Assembly: GCF_009914755.1 (NCBI RefSeq)
Contig: NC_060940.1
Strand: one strand, 5' to 3'
DNA length: 64,000 nucleotides
Source: the human T2T-CHM13v2.0 reference genome, Homo sapiens
This document shows, piece by piece, positions 41,860 to 56,920 of the stretch (positions are counted from its first letter, which is position 1; the number at the start of each line of letters is the position of its first letter). The position numbers and the translations under genes are program-made. The notes under the pieces were generated by a model. That model had not been told where the DNA came from. It saw only the letters and a list, made by a program, of their open reading frames with translations, and made no database searches.

Positions 41860-42330
41860 TGGTATGTCCGAGACTTAGCAGGAAAAGCATGGCATGCTCA
41901 AATTGAGTAACTTGAGAATTGAATAAAGGGAACATTTACAAAGGATGGGCAGGATGCAGGGAAGCCACCAGGAACAGCTGCACTCCAAGGCCAGTAACAC
42001 TGGGGAGCTTTTACCACCCCAGGCCTGAAGGGGCAAGGAGTGGGGCAGTTACCAGACCTGGAGACAGACACAGGGTTGTGTGTGTGGAGAGGTCCCTGGC
42101 AGGAGCCAAGACTGCATTAGAAAGACACAGCCAGCCCTGGGCAATTCCTCGGTAGGGAGTAAGTGCTCCAATTCCCCCTTCCTTCCCTATGGTCCCCTGC
42201 TGAGGCTTCCCACAAGCCCCATGCGGAAGCCAGAGGGCCAGGGAGCCCCACTTCTCAAAATGAGCAGAGTATGTTGAAGAAGGGCAGAGAGTGGATCCGG
42301 AGGAACAAGTAGAAGACAGGCTGCCCATGA
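41860..42330 (-). mobile_element. ERVL-type solo LTR (LTR33/40/41-like)
   Basis: TGAATAAAGGGAACATTTACAAAGG...GGAAGCCAGAGGGCCAGGGAGCCC. Confidence 0.45.
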
Positions 42331-43669
42331 GGCTTCATCATATGTCACCAACATTTTTCTATTCATTTTATTCAATATCTACTTTGGGGATGTCACTTCA
42401 CATTTTAAGTACCTGAGCCCACAAGATCGATGTGATCTTAAAGTGTCCTTCTCCTATTGAATTTAACAAGCTGCTATTTTCCCCTCGTTTGCTATTCAGA
42501 ATGCTCTATCATATGGTTCAACAATTTGTACTATTAAAGGTTAGCAAATGCCAGCCAAAAATTCATTTTTTTCCTTCCTGGGCTTGGGAAAAGAGGATGT
42601 GACATGTGACCTGCACAAACACAATGTCAAGAATCTCCCTTTACAAGTCTCCATGTAGAAATCCTCTCTAGGATTTGTGTCAGCACACGAGATCTCCTGC
42701 TGCTCATCTCTGCCTCCTCTTCATTAATATCTAGCCTCCTAAATAACGCAGATAGAAGAATGGTCATAAAATTGAGCCCTACACAATTACCAGTAGCTAT
42801 AGGCCTCCCCAAGGATTCAGGCACTGTAACCCTGATTCTTTCAAAGCATCTGGTAACTTGTGCTAGAATAACCATTTACTTTGGAAAAGCATACCAAGGA
42901 GAAAGCTTCATCCTTTGTCTTTGCATAGATGGTGGGTTCCTTTACAGAATATGGAAACTGATTGTTTTCCCATAAACCTCAACTAGGAGAATGAGGTAAT
43001 CATGTGTTATTTAGATAAAAGAATGTTCACCTTTCTTTTTTACAAAAATTATGGTAATAGAATTATTTTTTAAATGCAAATGATGGAGAAGTACACAGCA
43101 AAGGGCAAAAGTCACCCTTTCTGTGTGCCCACTTCCCTTGGTCCCCCCTCAATATTAACAATATGCCAGAAAAAGCAAGATTGTTCTAACCACATGATTA
43201 CAAGCTGTGTCCTCAGGGACTGCTGAGGATGTGGTCTTGGAACAGTATGTACTCTACTTCTCCTTCAAGGTCCAGGCAGCCCTTGGGTCTTCAAGCCCAA
43301 GACAGAAAGTTCACTTTGTATCTCACTCTGGGAGAACAACACCCATTTGCAAAGCTGTAAACTTGGGTGGTGTATCATGACAGCCACTCGCAGGGGACTC
43401 TAGAGGCACTTCTATCTATTTACTTAAGTGTTAATTGTACATTTCTGATTTACCACTGTCCTACCAAAACAGGAATTTGCTTTCTTATTTTTTTTAAAAA
43501 AAAGGATGGAGGAATCAACTAACAATAAATATCTGAAATTCCTAGGTATGATTTTTGGCATTTGTAGCCATCAATTGTTTGCCAGGAGCAGAATGTGTAT
43601 GCTTTTGTTAGAGTGTCATGAAATGAATATAACTGATATTTAATGTGAACATAAGAAATACTTGTTTCC

Positions 43670-43880
43670 CTGGCTAACACGGTGAAACCCCGTCTCTACT
43701 AAAAATACAAAAAAATTAGCCAGGCGTGGTGGTGTGTGCCTGTAGTCTCAGCTACTTGGGAGGCTGAGGCAGGAGAATGGCATGAACTCAGGAGGCGGAG
43801 CTTGCGGTGAACCGAGATCGCGCCACTGGACTCCAGCCTGGGCGACAGAGTGAGACTCCATTTCAAAAAAAAAAAAAAAA
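43670..43880 (+). mobile_element. 5'-truncated AluY with 17-bp TSD
   Basis: Diagnostic CTGGCTAACACGGTGAAACCCCGTC, GAGAATGGC, GGAGCTTGC; TSD AAGAAAT(A/G)CTTGTTTCC at 43653-43669 and 43880-43896. Confidence 0.93.
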
Positions 43881-45116
43881 AGAAATGCTTGTTTCCAGTA
43901 TTACACCAAACACATAGAGTTTTCTATATGGATTTTAGGGATGTGTTGCAAGGATTTTGAAAGCTGCCTCTCTGTGCTTTGTCCTTCAGGAAGAAATCCC
44001 TGACCTGGCTCACCCTGGCTCTTCTCCTCTCTTGACTCCTAGATCACATGGTGTCAGTATCCCTCATAATAGCCTGTACTCATCTGATCCCAAGTACTGT
44101 AAATGAGCTGGCTTTTGCGTACCAGGCTCATCTTAGCAGATTCCAAGTTCCTGGAGGGCAAGGAATTTGTTCCAGGATGACACATAGCCATTTGACTGAG
44201 TTCTTCCATCCTTCTTTTCCATAGCTTTCCTACAAGACCCTAAACCTTTGTCTCCATTACAACTATGGCAAATATCCATGCTGGATGAATACAAATGCCT
44301 ACCCTTGGCAGCTGTCTCCTTCACCCATAGCCTATTCACCACAGATGTTACCTCCTTAAAAAACACATGCACACACATACACTATGGAATGAATCCATCT
44401 ACTTCTTTATATCTTCATTGCCACAACTTTATCCAACCACTGTCATCTCTCCTAGGTCACTGTAGTAGCCTTCCAGTTGGTTTCCCATCATCCATTCTGA
44501 AGGGCTTCCATCAGTTCTTTACACAGCAGAGTTACATTTTTAAAATGCAAACCTGATCGTATCACTCCTTACTTAAAATTGTTCAATAGCTTCCTATTTA
44601 CCATTCAGGAAAGACAACACTTTTCCTACAGCATAGAAGGTCTTGCATGGGCTGACCCCACTTGCCTCTCCAGCTCGTCTTATTTATAAGCTCCCCTTTG
44701 TCTCTGACCCCCAGTCCAATCGGCCTTCTTCCAATTCTTCGCTACTTTCCCCTGTCCCTGAGCTCTTGCACATGCTAAGTCTCTGCCTGGAAGGCTCTTC
44801 CAATCCCCTTCACTTAGTAGAATCTCCTATTCATCATTCTCTGTTAAATCAACACTTTATGAGTGAAACCTTCCTTAAGGTCCCTTGTGTGTGGATAACT
44901 TTGCCATGCACCTGTCCTTAAGATTTCCACAGTTGGTAATTAAGCAATTATTTTTTGAGCATTTGTTTAATGTCTATCCTAGAAGACTGAGGTCTGTGAG
45001 GGCATATGTCAAATCCATTGTATTCAGATCCAGTTTTTATTCATCATTATGTCTGCCGTACCACATCTGGCATATAGTAAACTCTTTCATAAATACTCTC
45101 TTAAAATACAGAAAGA

Positions 45117-45428
45117 GGTCAGGTGTGGTGGCTCATGCCTTTAATCCCAGCACTTTGGGAGGCCAAGGCAGGAGGATAACTTGAGGCCAGTAGTTCAGGA
45201 CCAGCCTAGGCAAAATAGCGAGACCCTGTTTCTACAGAAAATACAAAAATTAGCCTGTCGTGGTCCCAGCTACTTGGGAGGCTGAGGCGGGAGGATCACT
45301 TGAACCCAGGAGTACTTGGCTGCAGGGAGCTATGATCAAGACACTGCACTCCAGCCTGGGTAACAGAGCGATACTTCATCTCTTAAAAATAAAATCATAA
45401 ATAAAATATAAAAAAATAAAATACATAA
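45117..45428 (+). mobile_element. AluJ
   Basis: Alu dimer with AluJ-type GGAGGATCACTTGAACCCAGG and AAAAT tail. Confidence 0.95.
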
Positions 45429-46821
45429 AGAGGGGAAAGAAGGAAGGGAGGGAACAGAAAGTAGGAACAGAGTAAAGAAGGTGGGAAGGAAGTTGAAAGA
45501 TTGTTAAAACACCAGTTCAGGTGCCTACTTTTAAAACTACTCAAGTGCTTCCACACTTACTACTTAAAATTGCTTCTTTGTTGTTGCCGTTTTGCTGTGG
45601 AATTTGCTAAAATCAGTTTCTTTTAATATCTTCCTTTGGACTACATGCTGTGTATAAAAATAAATGTTTGTCATGTAGATCCTCTTATTCAGCCTGATTC
45701 AAATACCCAGCTGCCTGCTGGATACCTCCACCTGGATTTCCCACCAACCAACATGTGCAATACTTAACTCATTGTATCCCTTTCCCTCAAAACTCTGATC
45801 TCCTTCTCATTGCAATATCCTCGTTAATGACGTTAATGACTTTACATCCCACCAGGAGCTAGATTCCTTGCTTGCTGACTGGACATCCAGTCAATCACCA
45901 AATCCCACTGATTTGCCCAACAAATACCTTGCCTACCTCTGTATTCCTGCTGCCATCTTGCTAGTGCAGTCACTTATTTTGTCTCACCTGAAGGATTGCA
46001 GTAATCTAATTGGCCTCTGAGTTCCAAATTCAGGAACCTCCAGCCCAACCTCCCCTGAATTGCCCCCAGAGTTCTTTCTTGAATGTGCAAATCTTATCAT
46101 GTCAGTTTCTATAGATAATTCCTCAATGACTGGCTATTGCCCTTGGATTAACAGGGAAACATAACATGGCATTCAAGGCATTTTGTCCCTCATCCTGTGT
46201 CTTGCTCTCCAGCCTTGTATCTCATTGCTTCTTGAACTCCAGTCACATGGAGCTGCTTGCCCTCTCTGCACCAACCACATGGTGCTGATAGACACCACCA
46301 TGCATTTATACATCATGCTCGCCTGGCCTGGAATGCCTCCACCCCAGCCGATCTGGCAAACTTCTCATCCTTCAAGTTCAAATGAAGTTACTCTCTTTGT
46401 ACTTGCTTTGTTCCTTGTGACAGGAATGGGGCAGGAAGTCTGGTTAGAGGTTACTGATACGATCCAGCTGAGACTAGGGTAGTAGCTGGGGAAAGGGAGT
46501 GGAGAAGGCCTGAGACATGCTCTAAATGTAGAGTTTTCAGGACCTGCCGATGGATTGGATGTGGGGGTGAGAGGAGGGGAGGGATCCAGGAGGAATCCTA
46601 ATCAGAGTAGGCAGCTACCACAGCAGGAACAAAATTATAAGGAAAAAGAATTACATACCCGTTATCCACTTCAACAGCTATCAACTCCTGAATCAATTTT
46701 TTTCCCTTTATAATCTTACCTGCCTCTTTGCCCTGCCCACCTTTACACACATAATAGATTATTTGGAAACAAATCCCAGACATTTCATAATTTCATCTGT
46801 AAATATTCCAACCGCATCTCA

Positions 46822-47262
<441 letters not shown>

Positions 47263-47437
47263 TTAATAATAGGACTTCATATCACCAGGTATACATTTAG
47301 TGTTTACAGTTTCCTGTTTGTCTTATTTTTTTCAACTATTTTATCTCTTTGTTGTTTGTTTGAATTGGGATCTAAATTGTCCTTGTATATTGATTCATTG
47401 CTATGTTCCTTAAGTCTCTTTTAACCTCCCATCATGT

Positions 47438-47595
47438 CTCTCTTCTCTCCCTTCCCTTCCCTTCCTGCCCCTCCCTTCCTCTCCCTGTTTCTCCCCTCCC
47501 CTCACCTCCCCCTTCCCCCCTCCCCTCCCCTCCCCTCCTCTCCTCTCCCCTCTCCTCCTTCCCTTCCCTTCTTTTTTCTCCCCCACTTTTTTTCC
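47438..47595. repeat. Polypyrimidine (CCCCT/CCTCT)n low-complexity tract
   Basis: About 150 nt of nearly pure C/T on the + strand. Confidence 0.93.
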
Positions 47596-49807
47596 TATTT
47601 TGTTGTTTTCATTGGCATTGTTGCTGTGTTAAAGAAACCTGGATGTTTGTTTTATAAAATATCAGAAATTCTCTGATTGCTTCTTTATGGTGCTGTTTAA
47701 CCTGTCCCTGTGTCTCCTCTATTTCCTATGAATTGGCTTTATAAGACACAGGGGTTTTATTGTTTTGTTGCCTTTAGAAGGGGACAGCAAGATTGTTTCA
47801 TTGATTATGTTTTATACCTCCATCAGCAAGTTCATAATGTCTTGTAATCTCTATTTTTGTGGCATTAACAGCTATTGATGATTATTGCCTATATCTGTTC
47901 ATTTATTACAGGTTGCAAAAATGGCAATCTGTAATAAATATTCTCATTCTATTATTTTTCTCTTCATGTGTCAACTTAAATATTCTGTAAAGAGAAAATT
48001 TTCCCCTTCCCCCATTTGGCTACCATGGGGTAAAGTTTATACGGAATAGGTAGGATATGTGCTTTATTCTTCCCTGTGCATACCAGTTTTCAAATAATGA
48101 GGTGTTTCCTGGCATCTTCCAAAGGTGTGCTTGTTACTGTTATAATTAATGTTATTAAGAGTTTATGTGTTAAATATGTTTTATATGGTGATTGCAGTTA
48201 TTGTATTTTACAATATTTAAATTGTTCAATCTTTGACCAGTGGAAGCCTGATCAAGTCAGCTCTGGACTACTTTTGACATGGCCCTAATTGTCTTTGATA
48301 GCTTCCTTGCTTTCTGGTATGTTCCAGGTTCAACTTATATATATCCTACCCTATACCTGGAATCAGCCATTTCTCTTAGGATTCCTGGTTCCTTTTAATG
48401 GGAAATATTATTTACAGACCACATTCTGAGCAGTAAGTGTGCTCATTGCTTCTGGGCTGGTTATTATTTACAGTGGACAAAGATAGAAAACACAAGTTTT
48501 TAAACAAAAATGATTAATCCATTCTGATATGTTCAATTCAAATTCAGGACAATCATGTTTTTACTTTACTTCATGGACCTCATACCCACATTCTCCCTTC
48601 TCCTATGCTGAAAATCCCAATTCTAAATAATTCCAATGTAATTACTAATTTGCTATATCCCACACAACACACAATCAGCCTCAGAGTAATTATACAAAAA
48701 CTGTGATAACAATATGGCTAATGAAAACATTTCAATTTTTTTTCTCTTTGTCCTTCAGATATATCCCACTAAGGATGTACAGTCAAATTATTGTGTTATA
48801 GAATTACTTGGAATCATTCCTCTGTGTGTACCTATACTACCAACTGTTTATATAGTTAGGTTCACTTGCTTTATTTTGCTTTAAATTTTTAATAATTCAT
48901 CTTTAAATTAAATTTAATTTATCGTTATAAAAATATTTGCATGATTGCAAAGTCAAAATGACAAAACAAGAGCTATTCAAAGTCCAGCATCCCCTCATTT
49001 CCCTCTCTTTTCCTATAAATAACCATTTAAATATATGATTTATCCTTTCCCTTTTTATATAAGAAAATGGGTTGACATATTTTTCTCCACTGTGTCATTC
49101 TTACTTGGTATATCCTGCCCGGTGATGACCTCATGGTGACAAATACAAGTCTCTGTATTGGGCTTCTGGCTCTAAGTACCAAATAAGGACAGCCAACGAG
49201 TGTTTAATAGGAACCTGCAGATTCTCACTCCTCTCTCTCATATGCCACAGCTGGTCTGTCAGGATATAACTTCAACTCCAAATTCTGACCCCTTCTTACC
49301 ACCTCACTGCCACCATCATGGCCCAGGGACATCACCTGCTGCTGGGATTATCACAGTGGCCTCCTCACTGTTGTCCCTGTGTCCCCCGCTCTGTGCCCTG
49401 TGTTTTGTTCTCAATACAGCAGCCATCAGGCCCAGGAGAACAAGGATTTTCTCATGGTGACCAGAGCATTCCTTCTTCCTCCACCATGTCCCGATGGCTC
49501 TGGAAGTAAGAGATGACAAGGGCCATGTGGTACTTCCTTTCATCAGGTAGACAGCCGACAGATATAATAAGCGCTTGCAGTTTATATAATGTTTATTATG
49601 TTAATATAAGCTTTGCATATATCAATTAAGTCCTTTAATCCCTACAGCAACCCAGTGAGGATGGCTTCACAATTTTCCTATTATTAGAGACGAAGCCATT
49701 GAGACACAGATGGATTTCAAAATTGCTTACAACCAGGTAGTTCACAAGTGGTAGGGTTGGGATCAGGATCCAGGGAGTCTGGCTCTAGAGTCCATGCTTT
49801 AAGCCAA

Positions 49808-50362
<555 letters not shown>

Positions 50363-50899
50363 AACCACTATACTATTGTGCTTTTTATATATGACCAGAA
50401 GAGTGGCACAGAGTTATTTAACTCTTATTTGCAACTGTTATTTAAAACCAAAGATACAACATCTTTATGGGATTCCAGCTGCCACCTGTGAATTTGAAGT
50501 CTTCTAAACAATGTCATCCATAATCTATGAAACATATGCCTCTCTAATGTCAAAGCTCTGTTAGACCAAAAACAGTTATCCAAATACATTATGTTCCTTT
50601 TTATTGAAGGAAATGGAGGACCAAAGTGTTCTGACTCTCATTTGTCCTTACTTAAGAGCATAATTGTGTAAGATAAAAATAAAGAAAAGCTAATCACAAG
50701 AGGTAGATCATGACATTGCAGATTTAGTTGAAATTTACAAGTTATATTTCTATTGATTTTTTCATTGTATTTTTTTATTTTGGAAAATTGAAAATGTATA
50801 AAACTATTTTAAAAAAGAAGAGGAAAGAAAAATCCAAGAAATCTTCACCAACAGGAATTAATCACTGGCATATTTGAGTCAGTCTTTTTTCCTATGTAT

Positions 50900-51860
50900 A
50901 TAATATTTTTAAAACTGTATGGATTAATTCTTCCCTTTTTTTAAAAGAAAAAGCACATTATTGACTTAACCCTCCCCCACCTTGTCTATCACATTAATCA
51001 CAGTAACTCTCCTTAGTCTCCAGAAATAGACACTGTTCTGAACTTGGTGTGTATGCTTTCAGCCCATTTTGTAAACTTTTACATGTATATTCACATATCC
51101 TTAGAAACACATAATATTGTTGATGTGGGAATTTTTAAAAAACATTTATATAAATGATATCACACTGTATGTTGTTCTGCAACTTCTTTCCACTCGTCAT
51201 TTTTGAGCTGTGCGCATTTTGATAATTTACATCTAGAGTCATTCTATAACTATTATATCCTAGGAACACACCACAGATTATTCATTTCTTGCTGGTGGAT
51301 ATTTAGGTTTTGTCAGTTTTTCATTATTTCAAATTATGTTGCAGTGAACGTCCTTGTACATATCCCCCAGTGCATCTGTGCAAATATTTCTCTGTGCAGA
51401 TAATTTTAAGATTATAGAATTCACTCATCTTCAATATTACTAGGTCCTTCCAAAGTACCTCCAACTTGGCTATGATGTAGACTCCCACCAGCAGCATATG
51501 AAAGCACTCATTTCCCCATACTTACACCAACATCTGATATCGACCAACTTAAACATTTTGCACATTTGAAGTAAGTAGCTTATTGTGGTTCTATTTTGAG
51601 TTTCTGTAATTGCTAGTGACGTTCAACATCCTTCTATGTTGATTGGCCATTTGAATTTCCTTTTCTGTGAAATCCTTGAACCTATTATTTATGCTTCTTT
51701 GTTTTGAGTTGCTTATCTTACTGACTTGTAGGAGTTGTTCATCATTTCTGGTTAACAGTCTTCTCTTACTAGGCATGTTGCAAATATTTACTCCCTATGT
51801 ATAGCTTGTCTTTTAACCTTTTTATGATGTATTTTGTCATGCAGAAGTTTTAAGTTTTAG
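50900..51860 (-). mobile_element. Ancient L1ME-like fragment
   Basis: ACTCCCACCAGCAGCATATGA, TGATTGGCCATTTG, TGTTGCAAATATTT. Confidence 0.7.
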
Positions 51861-52324
51861 ATTTAATGATGGCTTCTAACAGGCTTCTCTCATTCTTGTT
51901 GAACTGGTTACAAGCCTTGTTAAATCTTCATGTGTTAAATTCTAGGAAAAGAGAGGAGATTCGTGTGTGACTTGCTGATTTATTGGCTGATTGCCATTTC
52001 TCAGAGAAAAATATTTTCTTGTGCATATTTATAGCATTTCCTTAAGGAGCAAAGTCCATTTTTATATCATTGTGAATGTTTTGTTTTGGTGGTAATGATT
52101 TTTTGATATCTAATAATAAAATGTTGACAGTGGTAAAATCCTTGTGATAGCTTATAAAGCAAGAATTGATTTTGCTCTTCATTGCACACTCTTTGAAAGT
52201 GTATATTCATGGCTCTTTTTCCTGGATTTTTCTAGTTATTTTGATCTGCTATCTATAATTATACTGAAAATGAATTTCATATGTTTAAAAATTATTTTAG
52301 ATATCATCTGTCTTCAGGCAGAAG

Positions 52325-52560
52325 TCATAGCAGACTGGAGGCAGTCTACCAGCTTTAAATCCCAGCTCTCCCACCTATTATCTGGAAACCTTAGGCAAAC
52401 CACTTTAATTTTTTGCTTCTCAGTTTCTTAATCTGCAAAATGGGGTACCTGTAAAATAACAGTGCAAGTGTCATGGGACTTCTGTGAAGATTAACTGAGT
52501 GGTAACACTTCAGAGGGTCCTGGAGCAGTGCTTGGCATAGAGAAAACATTCTACAGGGCC
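52325..52560 (+). mobile_element. MIR
   Basis: AAATCCCAGCTCT...CTCAGTTTCTTAATCTGCAAAATGGGG. Confidence 0.75.
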
Positions 52561-53067
52561 CAGCAGTCATTGTCCCTCAACTACCTTAAGATTCATACAA
52601 ATGAGGAGAAACACTGTAGATTTAGTGCTCTCTGGAAAGTATATTCAAGTCAAAGAGCAGCTGACGTCTCTAATTGTCATTTCATATGCCGTTAGTGACA
52701 CCGAAAAATAGACCAATACAGACAATGACGAGCACAACTGATCTATATGAAACTATCATTTATAGATTCTCCATCACACACTTTCAGCCACCCAAGCTCA
52801 GTGCTTTCTTACTCCAAACACTTAAAAAACAAGTTAAAAACAGACAAAAAAACTCACAAAAGATATGTCCTTGAACCACAGCTCCAAAAGTCTGGCCCAT
52901 CACAAGTGTGATGGTAGAGTTATCAGGGTCAGAATGTGTTTGGCCCCACCTGCCCCAGGAGTCCGCGAAGCTCCGTGAAGGCAAAGGCCATGTCCATGCC
53001 AACCACATGTTGGTGGAATTCAGTCATTTCTAGGTGCTTAGCGTCAGGTGGGTGCCGCCTTCATTCT

Positions 53068-53905
53068 TTGTTTTAACTGACAAATAATTGTGTATTTGTG
53101 GGGCACAATGTGATGTTTTGATTGCACACAATATGTGTGCAATGTGGAATGATTGATCAAATCATGCTAACAAATCCATCACCTCACATACTTATCTTTT
53201 TTTGTGGTGACAACACTTGAAGTCTCCCCTTTTAACAATTTGGAAATATACAATGCATTATTACTTATTCTAGTCACCATTCTGTGCAATAGCTCAGTAA
53301 AGTTTATTCCTCCTGTCTAACTAAAATTTTGCACCCTCATCTCTCACCTTTTTCCCTCCAACCCCCTTTCCCAGCCTCTGGGAACCACCATTGTACCCTC
53401 TGCTTCTGTGAGCTTGATGTTTCAGATTCCACATGTGAGAATCACAAGTTAGATCATGTGGCATTTGTCCTGTGCCAGGCTTATTTCATTTAGTGTAATG
53501 TCCTCCAAGTTCATCTCTGTTGTCAAAAATAACAGAATTTCCTTCTTTTTAAAGGCTGAATAGTACTCCGTCTTGTACACGCACGTTTTCTTTATACATT
53601 CATCCAATGACGAACACCTCGGTTGCTTCCATAACTCAGCACTGTGAATTCTGCAGTGAACACGGAAGTGCAAATATCTCTGTGGCACACTGAGTTCAGC
53701 TCCTTTGGATCTCTACCCAGAAGTGGGATTGCTGGGCCCCATGGTAGTTCTATTTTTAGTTTTCTGAGAAACTTCCATGTTGTTTTCCATCACGGCTGTG
53801 CTAATTTACCTTCCTACCAACAGTGCACAAGGGTTCCCTTTTCTCCACAGCCATGCTAACACTTGTCTTCCATCTTTTTTTATAATAGCCATTTTAACAG
53901 GTATG
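53068..53905 (-). mobile_element. L1MA/MB 3' end
   Basis: TTTAACTGACAAATAATTG...TTTAAAGGCTGAATAGTACTCC...ATAGCCATTTTAACAGGTATGA. Confidence 0.85.
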
Positions 53906-55999
53906 AAAGAAAGGGGCCCCTTTGTTCTTTCCAAACGTTTTTCATGTGCTCTGTCCCCAGCCCCTGGCTGGCTGGATGCCGGGATCAGGGTGTGTGAATG
54001 CCCTTCCACAGCTTCCCAGGAGTGCTGGGCTCAGGGTGGGAAGAGCTGAGTTTGAGGCCCGGTCCCTTACTAACGAACAATAATTAATATAACCTCTCTG
54101 GCTTTAGGGAGTCTAGGGGACATGTGGTCATCAAAGATTGAGTGAAATTAACATGTGAAATGATGTAACAATGTGGGACTTTAAATAGTGAAAGCGGAAT
54201 TTCACCAGAAATTACTTTGATGGCCACAACTAGATGTTAAAATGAAAGCTGACGCATACTTATGACAGAACATGAGCCACATTATTTTATTTCTGCATTT
54301 CTGCACTCTCTCCTTACTTTGGTAAATCATTTTGAAACAAGCACCCCCCACCCTGCAGCTCTTCCATTCATGAATGATGCAATATTGAGCTGTGATATTT
54401 TCAGAAGTGTTTGCTAAGCATTGGCAGCTTAACTAAAAGCATCCTCTCTATTTTGCTCTTGGATCACTGCTCTCACCTGTTAACCCCCAGCAGAAAATCT
54501 GCCTGCTGAACAATAGCTTGCAAACGCAGCGTGGCACTCGGTGCCGGCATAAAGGAGTCAGCGAGCAGGGCGTTGGGTCAGCTTGCTGTTGAGGGCAGGC
54601 TGTTTTTGTTGGCACATCCCTTTTGTGAAGGATGTAGTCCTTGTTCTACCATCTGTACCAGGCTGCACACCATCTATTTATTTGCTATCCTTGAACTAAC
54701 GGGGTATTTTCCCCCAGCCATAAATGGGTTGGTGTGAGAGAAGCTTCTCCTGCTGAGGGACTCACTTCTGCACCGCATCCTCTTTGTTAATCTTCTGCAA
54801 AATAAGGCAGTTTTCTGTTGAAGAGAAAGCAATCATCAATTTTTCATAAGAGCAGCAAAGTTGTGAATATCAGAGGACCTCTTGAATAAAGAGCTTAGAG
54901 GTTCCAGTGAGAGACGAATAACAAAGCCCTGGGGGGAAGAAAAAAGTATATCCTTTTTTATACTATTTATCATCAACTCCCCCCTCCACGCCCCTGCCCC
55001 CCCATCATCCGCAGTTAGGAAGGAAGAAGCCATTTATGCAAGCTAACAGTCCTTCAAACCTCATGAACCTTAATTTTAATCCTTATCAGTGCCTTTTTAA
55101 ATGAATAATACAGTGACCTTCAGCTTTGTCCTATATTATGTGAGGTTGATTCGTAAAGACTGCTTTAGTTTTTTAAATTAAGGCAGAAGCTATATGTATT
55201 CTACTCAATTCTAGCATTAGTGCTGTCCCAAGAGTGGCATTTATGTTCTTTTGCTTCTTTGGTATAAATAAATATCAAAGTAGGAAGACCAGTGTGAATT
55301 CTACAAGGAATAATAAACTAAAATAATATGGCATTGATTTTGTTCAGGATGTCTAAGTGTGTTTTTATGATTGTGTATTTTTATAGCTTTTTCACACAAG
55401 TGACATGAATTCTGGGCAATTAAAAAGGACATGAATTTCAAGGCATTTAGGAAGAGAATCTGTTTTCTAATAGCTGTGTCTTTTACCAAGTTGTGGTTTT
55501 TGAGAAAAGCATTGTCGATTTCAGACCTCCACCTTCAGAAACTGGCCAGTTATTGCCATTTTGTATTGTTTTACAATATTATTGCCATGAGACCACATTA
55601 GAGAACTTTGTTTTGGCTGCTAAAGTGCAATATGTGGATATAACAATCTAATAAAGAAGCAGAGAAAGATTCCTTTACACTGCATGTGTATTATCTTTTT
55701 GAGTTTCTTCTGACCAAGGGTTCTTAGACTGTAGCTTTGAGTCTTATTAGTGAGGTCTCAACCCTTCCTACTGTTGAGGGAGGCATGGGCCCCAGGAGCG
55801 TGTGAGCCTTGGACAGTCACAGAGACAATTCGTTTACAAATGGGAGGGGAGCCCAACGTGGATGGCTTTCCACATGATGAATTTATGACAACTCATGTTG
55901 TCACAAATTTCAGTAAACTAACAGTAGCAGATCCTATGCTGCTGGGCTAACTTCTCTATCCCCTTCTCTCAGTCCTTCTTAGATCATTAGTGTTATTTT

Positions 56000-56920
56000 T
56001 TTATCAACTTTTTGTTGCATTATATAAATTACTCAAGTATTACTTAAATTACTCAAGTAATACATAAATATCAGCAACTTGAAAAAATTAAAACATTATA
56101 GATAAGTTAAAAATCACCTTGGACCTCTACCACCATACAAGTTCCTATTCCCCCTCCTCTCCTCAATACCCTCCACCTTCCCAGTAACAATTACCAGTTT
56201 AGTCTGAATCCTCTGAAATATTTTTTGTATATTTAAGCACAGTGCTGTGAATCTATAGCACTAAGCAACTAGATAGCATTGTTTTTTAAAGGCTTTTTCC
56301 CCTATATAGGCATAACATTGAATGTGTCTGCAGCTGGCTTTTTACTAATATTTCTTTAAGATCTTTCCATGTTAATTCATATAGATCTACCTCATTGTTT
56401 CATAATATTTCATGTTGTGCCTATGCTGTAATTTATGTAGCTTTTCTCCTATTCAGGGGCATTTGTGTTCCAATTTTTCTCTATTAAAAATGCCACTGTG
56501 GTGCGTGACTTCTTATGCACATGAGTGCCTCTCTAGGTTTATACCTACAGATGGAATTTCTGGGTTACAGAATGTGCACATTTTAGATAGGGTCAAATCG
56601 CTCTCCAAAATGGAGTTAATGTACATTTCTCTTATTACTAATGAGATCGAACCACTTGTCATATGTTTATTGGCTATTGGTATTTCCTCCCTATTATTTG
56701 CTTATTCAAACACTTTGACCATTTTTCTATTGGGTTATTAATTTGTCTAATTACTTTGTAGGAGTTATGTGTGTATGCATGTGTATATATACATACACAC
56801 ATATATATATACACATATACACACTGTATTGTGATCCTGTATCTGTTACATATGTCAGTCTCCCAGACTTTGGCCTGTCTTTTCAATTTGTTTATGGTGT
56901 CTTTTGTCACCATTGTTTTT
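56000..56920 (-). mobile_element. Ancient L1ME-like fragment
   Basis: ATATGTTTATTGGCTATT, TTTCTATTGGGTT motifs. Confidence 0.6.
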
